A DNA stretch of 63,867 bases, counting the filler, from Stramenopiles sp. TOSAG23-6 (lineage: Eukaryota): NCBI GenBank assembly GCA_900128565.1. It is 3 parts of 3 records of this genome, joined end to end, with 100 filler letters (N's around TTAATTAATTAA, not from the genome) between each part and the next. Parts side by side here need not be neighbours in the genome. Positions count along the whole stretch, not along the records: positions 43,876 to 63,867 come from LT636041.1; 2 more parts are not named here. One strand, written 5' to 3'. Positions 56,801 to 63,867 of this stretch are shown here, one piece after another. The position numbers and the translations under genes were made by a program. The notes under the pieces were generated by a model, which saw only the letters and a list, made by a program, of their open reading frames with translations, was not told the origin of the DNA and searched no databases. Every line of letters begins with the position of its first letter. Positions within the stretch are counted from its first letter, which is position 1.

Positions 56801-59800
56801 CCGAAGATAATAGATGCATCAACGTTACTTCGCCAAGCTGCAACTGAGCTGGTAGACAAGAAAGATACTGCGAATGTGTTAGAACATTATTCACAGTTTT
56901 TACAATCACTTTCACGTTTTGTTTCGATAAGTCCTATTCCTAGGACAGGTCTGTGTTTTCGCCAGACAATATGTCCCAAGGGTTCAAATCAAGAAAATGC
57001 CATTGGGTTATCTGTAAAAGGGGAATACTCTGCAAAATTCGCAAAAACATATAGAGAAAATAATTATGAATTTGAATTGGCAATAAGTACTTCAATTAAA
57101 TCATATGGACTAGCCATACATGATTACATTTTACCTGATGTAATGTCAAAAATGAAAGAGCTTCGCAGTAGTGAAACTGTTGCACTGAAACTTCTCGAGA
57201 AATCAGTGATACTTAGTAAAGCTACGACGATTCTTGCCGAAGAACAAAACTGGGCGGACGCTAAATTTGAATTAGAAAATGTCATCTCAAATCTTACCGA
57301 TGCGGTGAAAGTGTTTGAGGACGACAAAACTGATTTACACAGACGACTAAAACAAACAGGAGAAACAATAGTATCGTTTAAGAGGTTTCTATCCGAAACA
57401 TTTTTGGGTCATACAACTAAAGAAACATCTTTGAATGAAAAATTAAGCACTACACAAACGGAGGTAAGTGATGCAGCATCGAATATAAAAGATGATACAA
57501 AGTTTGCACAGTATATGAAAGCTGCAATAGTCCATTATGCTGAAGCTGTAAGCACTTTTCAGGGGGATATACTTGTACAGTTGAGGGAGAGGAAGGAGAC
57601 AAATAAAAATATGTCTCAAATCCAAATTATGGATATCAATGACAGTATTGAAGATGCAGAGGAGGCATTAGTACAGAGCACCAAAGCTACAGAGAATGTA
57701 GCATCGTGGCAATCAAGTCTCGACGCTTTAATATATTCAAGTACCTTACTCGAATCTGCAGCTGAGTCTTTAATAGACAAAAGTATAGAGGTTGGTTCAC
57801 TCGTTAATATTAGTACATCATTGCGAGGTATGAAGCAATACACATCAGTCACAACATCGGCTAGTGCCGAACTTGAAATAGCTGAAGGAATAAAATATGC
57901 TTATTCTGCGAGTGTGGGTTTACAAGAACAAGATTTACCAAAGTACATAAAAAATATAACATTATCAACATTGCATTGTGCAAATGCTATGGTATTTTTG
58001 CAACCTGAAATCTTAGCCAATATTCAAAAGCAACCCGAGAGTGATGCCAGAAATGTTGCTATTGTAAACGTCGAATTGGCATTGTCACGGGCAATATTAG
58101 CTAGAAGTTTAAATCGGGGAGGAAAGTGGTCTGAAGCATTATCTCGATTAAGTATTGCGAATGATTCACTTCGTTTAGGTCTACTGTTTATACCACAAAG
58201 GAAGATTCAGCTTACAAAGTATCTGACGGAACCATTACGTCATCTGAATCATTTCTTACCTGAAAAGTATGGACCATCCGCAGAGCAGAGTATATCAACT
58301 GCTTTAAACTTTGTGAATGCAGCATACACTGATATCACAAATAAAGACGTTTCTAAGTACAAAGCTAATTTGGAGAAAGCAATTCGGAACATTGCTGAAA
58401 CAATAAAGACTGAAATATTCCCTGGTTTAACAGAAAAAGTTGCTGCTGTGAACTTAGAGAAAACAGCGACGACTAATGTAACGAAATATATTGTTTTGGC
58501 TAAAGAAAATGTAAATGCGGCGATTGACTATTTAAAAGGTTCAGATATTTTAAAGATGACAAACGCTTTAAATAAGCTTTCGGGTGGAATTAGTGATATC
58601 CAATTAGTAGTGTCATATATTCCACCAGACACAGCTTATACAGTAGATGTGCTATTTCAACTTGGTGACTCGTTGAAAATTTTGAGATCATTTCTCTCGA
58701 TGGCCGATGAAGAATATCTAGATAAACAAATAAATAAAGGTGTAAAAGCATCAGTTTTGGCAAAAAAGAATAGATTAACAAGAACGGCGGCCTTCGTTAA
58801 AAATGTAGCAGATGCAATTAAGTTTTATGCTTCTGGGTTAATGAATCAAACTTCAGATACCATTGAAACAATATTAAAAGTAACCCCAAATTGTCCAAAA
58901 TGTATTAACGCAGCTTTTGACGTAAATATTGCTCAAGGTGAACTAAGAAATGCTTATTTGTATGCGAGTAATGGTGGCTGGATTGAAGCATTTCCTAAGT
59001 TAATTGGTGGATTTTCCCGTCTTCAAAGCGCATCAGTTGAATCAATGAACACACGAGATATACACAAAAAAGTGGACGAGTTGTTCGAATATGCTACAAA
59101 ATTACATGAAATAGAGCTACATTTAACACCTGATCAAGAAGATGTTGTAAATACAAAAATAAAGGAGGCCCGAGTTAATGCAAATGATGCTAGAACAAAC
59201 GCATTATCAAACAATCGAGAAGCCTTTTTCACTTCCATAAATACAACCCTTCAAAAATATGGAAATATTGTATCTTTATTCATCGTACCATACATAAAGA
59301 AGAATGCTGAAGAATTTTCCAAAACTAATTCTGAAATTTCATCCACAAAAGCTATCAGAGAACATATCATTGAAAACGCAGATAAAGCTCTAGAAAGTAG
59401 TAAATGGGCTATAAAGTTCACCAACGAACAAAGATGGTCCTTGGCTTTACCAAAACTAATATTAGCGATGCAATATCTGAACCAGGCAGTCGAAAAGTTG
59501 CCAGTAGACGAAAACTATGTAATAGTTAGGCTCAAAAACATGAGTGGATCGTTTGAACGAGTAATAGGAAAATTTTGGCCTATGTACGATGAAAGGCTAC
59601 CATACACAAGAATGCTTAATGATGCAAAAGATCTACTAACACTATCTGAGACCAATGTAAAGGATAAGGATACACTTGGATTTGTGAGAAATATCACTGA
59701 ATTACTAGGAAAATTTGCCAAGATTCTTTCCGAGGTAATAGAACCTGCAGTAAAATCCGCATTGATTAATCGTAAAGACCAGATCGAAGATACTGAGTAT

Positions 59801-62800
59801 CATATGGGAACTATAAATTTGCATGATGTGATAAATCACACTAAAGCTAGTACTTTATATTGTGAAAAGAAAAACATTTCAAAAGCATTCAACGAACTAT
59901 CTACAGCTTTCACAAGTTTCAAAGCCTCGATGATGATTATAGTGGATAAACAAGAACTTATTGAGACATTGAACAGTCTGGAAATACCACTCAAAGATTT
60001 GAGATATTATATTCCGAATGAACGACCGGCAGGCAAAACAACATCGCCCCGTGAAGAATATATGTCACTATTGTTTCAAGCTATTAAACATGGGAGCATT
60101 GCTAGAACAAAAGGTCAACCGACAGATTATTTCAAGCCAAATTTAGCGTCTGCTATTCAAAAGTACACAGGATCAATAACTACATATATAGGTCCTCGTA
60201 TCAAGGAACTCTTACAAGAAGAAACTAATAGCGATATTGATAAAACAAACGCACTTGAGCATGTGGAAACATCAATTAAATTGGCTTCATCTATAAATGA
60301 ATTATGTGGCCAATCATCGCTGCTAGAAGCAGAATGGTTATTAATTGATGCAGTTCATGCTCTTCAGCGTGCTGAAAATACATTACCAAGGAACAAAAGT
60401 TTTATGATCGAGAGACTTTCAGACACAGCTGAAGTATTGCGACACTTTCAAATGTATTTACCAGTGGATTATCGTTATGTATTGAATGATTTAATTCGTC
60501 AAAGGGATGAGTCGTTGGAAATCGCCAAACGTCACAAAGACAATGTGTCAGAGTTTACAAAAGAAATATTGAGGGTATTCACCCTGGATGCACAAATAAT
60601 GAAAGGTGTATTAATCCCAAAAATAAAATTGATATTAGATGATTTTATTCGTGGGGGCAATTCAGATGAACACGGTGACAAAGCACATCTTCAGACATTA
60701 CTTGTAAAATTGAATAATGCAAAATCAAAACTAAACGAAAGTAATAACAATGGCGATGATAATTGGGTAAAAACAAACCATATTTTGAAGACATGTATGT
60801 ACTTAATCATCGAAGTAGTCGATCAATTACCATTAGATAGAGACTATATAGTTGAATTTTTAGAAGATATGTATAAACCACTATATGAAATGACTGAAGA
60901 TACTACAGTAAGGAATAGTCTGGAAACAGCAAAGCCTAAAATAGTACGAGCAATTTCTAAAAAGGATCAAACAAGTGCAATAGACATTGAAATATTCAAC
61001 CTAGCGATTAATGAAACAATAAAAATTTATTCAGAAAATATGGCTGCTCAAATATCAAACAGTACAAAATCACGACTTGAGAAGAAACAAGCAACTATAA
61101 GTATTGATGCTGCCAAAATAGATGTAGATAAAGCAAAATATTTTGCTACTAATGCAAAGACTTTGGCAAATACATCGCTCAATTGGGAAGAAGCAATCCC
61201 CAATGCTTTTATGGCATTTGAATATCTTACTAAAGCATATTCACAATTATGGGATAGAGCCCCTAAAATTCAATTACTGAGAGGAATGCACACTCCGATA
61301 TATTTTATGTTTGGATATTGTGATCGTACCAAATTAGATGAAAATGAAAGATTAATCGTAAAAGCAAGCGGGGATGCAAATATTCTTAGCGTGGATCTTA
61401 GCTACGAGAACTTTGCGAACAATATGTCTCACTCCATCGAAAACTATGCAAAGGTTCTAGACTCATATGTTATTGTTAATTGGGATAAAGAGATTAAAAA
61501 ACTTGTTGGTGGCGTAAAAAATTCTGCGCAAGCGAAATTGATTATGGCTAGCAGATACGCCAAGATTGCGCGAAGACAAGCTATTACGAAAAAGTGGGGT
61601 ATTGCATTGTTGGCACTCGAAGAAGCTAAACAGCTACTTCTGGAAATTGAGCCACAACTACCACAAGATAAGATGAAAATATTTGCCGCTAGTTTCATGA
61701 AAGGTTTAGATATACAAGTGAAGGCAAGTATTCCAAAATATGCAGTTGAAGTAGATAATATGGAACTTAAGGCAGCTCATGAAATTGCTCTAAAAGCATA
61801 TAAGGTAAGAGCATCAAACAATGAAATTGAATACAGAAGTCAAATTTGTGCAACAATGAAAACCTACACCTCAATTTTGTCTCGCGACACAGATATATGC
61901 ATCGCACAGTTAAAAGAAAAGCCCGATTCGAACACAAAAGCAAGAGCGATTAATGAAGCTAATAGTGCCAAAACACAATTTTCAAGTGTAAACAGCATTA
62001 TAGATAGTAACCAATCTCATTGGTTCAGAGCAATGAATAAATTTGAAACAGGATTTGCGGAAATACGGAATGCGTACGTTTCATTGGTGGATAAAACTAC
62101 AGCTATTTATGAGTTGGATGCATTAATGAGACCGCTCATGAGAATGGACCCGCGATGGTTATCAAGTGACACTAAAAAAGACAAGTTATCAGAGAGTGTA
62201 GCTAATGCAATTGCTTCAATGTGGCACGCATCAACGTACATTGGTGGTAATATTATGATGGTACCCACTGAAGTCAAATTTAATGGTGATTGTAGTGATG
62301 GAAAAGAGGTCAAAGTATTACAAGGTAATAGCGACAATCCGGGGACTATTGAAGAAAAGTGGAAGAGGTGTTCTTCGTCATGCTTACAGAGGAAGTCCCC
62401 TTTGGAAGGAAGCTGGGATGGTTTCACTACCCTTGGAATGGTAATGAATGAATCAACAGGACAATGCTATTGTGAGAACATGGATTCCGCAACGTGTCGA
62501 AGAAACACTGGGGGAAGCTACAAACGCAAAGACTGGCTAAGGGTTCAGATGGGTAATGAGGCTAATCCTACGCTATTTGCAAAGTATATGATTGACGCAA
62601 TTAAATTTTTCAGAGATGGTTTTGTAGAAATTGCAGCAAAAGAAATGAAGTTAAAACTTCGGTCAAAAGAATGCAAATACTATTATGCTTGTAAGATTAT
62701 TGTTGATGAAATAATCAAAGGTGAAAAAGGCTTAGGCGAAGCATATACAATGGCAATGGGGAGATGGTCAAATGCGAAACCTAAACTAAAAGAGGGTACA

Positions 62801-63867
62801 AATCATTTACAAACAGCTTTGCTAAATACTCAAGGATTTGACCCAGATCTTAAATATATATCAATTATGTATCAGTTCAACTTGATGTATCGACTTACTA
62901 TCGTCGTGGATCTTCTACTTGATCAATTGAAACCAGACATAAATAAGTACGCCATTGAGAATTATGCTAATACGATTCATACACGGTTAGAAGAAGGTGT
63001 ATATGAAGTGGAACAGATGGAACTTAAAACTGCAAATAACTACAATGCTCTCAAAGACGATATTTATGCTGTTCATGGTGCATTTTATACTCTATTTAAT
63101 GAGTATTTAATTGGCAACGGTGTGAACACCGTAGGGAAAATGCGAGAAACAAATGATGCATTCGTACCAATATCTTCAGAGGAGTCATTCAAATTACATG
63201 ACGTTGCTCGAAAGCGAATCAACGAATTTGACCAAATGAAATCAAATAGCAAGTATACACTTGTTGAGTACAACAAAATGGCAAATTTATTATTTGAAGG
63301 TTCTTTCTACATGTATAATGCTCTCTGGACAAGAGAAGCAACACTAGAACTTCTTGAATTAAATTTGAAAAAGTCTTACTTCATCGAATCATTGCTTCGT
63401 GGAATTGTTTCGGTTTTACCTGACGTAAAACTGCTATCAGGACGGTATGATTTTTGGATTCCTTTAAATGAAGCAAATCGTAATTGGCGTCTTGCTAGAG
63501 GTGAAGTTGATGGGAAGTTTCCTTCAAATTATGTAGACGGATTTGGGTCCCTTATGGGAATTTCCATGCTCAATTACTTTAAATTTTTCGAAAAAATAAT
63601 GCCTACAATAATGAATATGTACAACAGACAGAGTACAAATCAAAGTGATATAAATTATGCCACAATAAGGGGTGGGAGGAGCGGAAAATTATACCGGTCA
63701 AATTGGTGGTTCGTCGTCAAAGGACATCTTGATGCATCAAAAGAATACACGTATGTTTTATTTTTTTTTGTATAATTTTTTTTTTTCGTACGAAATTTTG
63801 TACCTAACAAAATTTTTTAGTTTTTTTTTTCAAATATTTTTCCAAAATACATGTATCTGGGAAAGGC
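50873..63867 (+). CDS. Giant type-II membrane protein with coiled coil and many alpha-helical repeats (runs off the window); exon 50873-63750, next exon from 63853
   Basis: >4290 codons open; single TM (LFLAITIGAIAVSAIITGLYV); recurring A/L-rich helical units; Cys-rich insert near 62280-62535. Confidence 0.85.
63751..63852 (+). other. Family intron, GT-AT (102 nt)
   Basis: TAC AC|GTATGT...CGTACGAAATTTTGTACCTAAC...CCAAAATACAT|G TAT CTG. Confidence 0.8.

Noticed and set aside
7078-63852. Interpreting the family as U12-type AT-AC introns
   Set aside because: No RTATCCTT donor or TTCCTTAAC branch consensus. Five copies lack the upstream AT and several lack AC at the shifted 3' end, whereas GT is invariant.
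1-63867. Autonomous transposase, tRNA, rRNA or snRNA genes
   Set aside because: None recognisable by eye. The mobilising enzyme for the intron family, if any, is not in this window; a covariance-model search would be needed to exclude small RNAs.

Overview
AT-rich, gene-dense eukaryotic DNA, probably from a protist (a stramenopile-like gene content is my inference). It consists of three scaffolded pieces joined by N-gaps that carry a synthetic TTAATTAATTAA linker (21871-21970, 43776-43875). About 20 protein-coding genes are supported: a photolyase/cryptochrome, an actin-related protein, a PhyH-type dioxygenase, an FCP1/CTDSP-type phosphatase, EB1, an EF-hand/zeta-toxin protein, an LRR protein, SAPS/PP6R, an SLC49-type MFS transporter, ATR, DIS3L2, a PNKP-type phosphatase, a CAMK kinase and a >4300-aa helical-repeat membrane protein. 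The main signal is a family of about 30 related 84-136 nt inserts that interrupt conserved coding frames. Their consensus is (AT)|GTATGTTTT...TTTTCGTACGAAATTTTGTACCTAAC...TTTTGAAATATTTTTCCAAAATACAT|. Removing each from GT through the conserved 3' motif restores the reading frame and, where testable, textbook protein motifs. Of 29 complete copies, 23 end in AT, 5 in AG and 1 in AC. Short terminal inverted repeats and an AT duplication at the insertion site point to an introner-like, transposon-derived intron family with a mostly GT-AT boundary. Three ordinary GT-AG introns also occur in the window. All splicing is inferred from DNA only; no transcript evidence is available.
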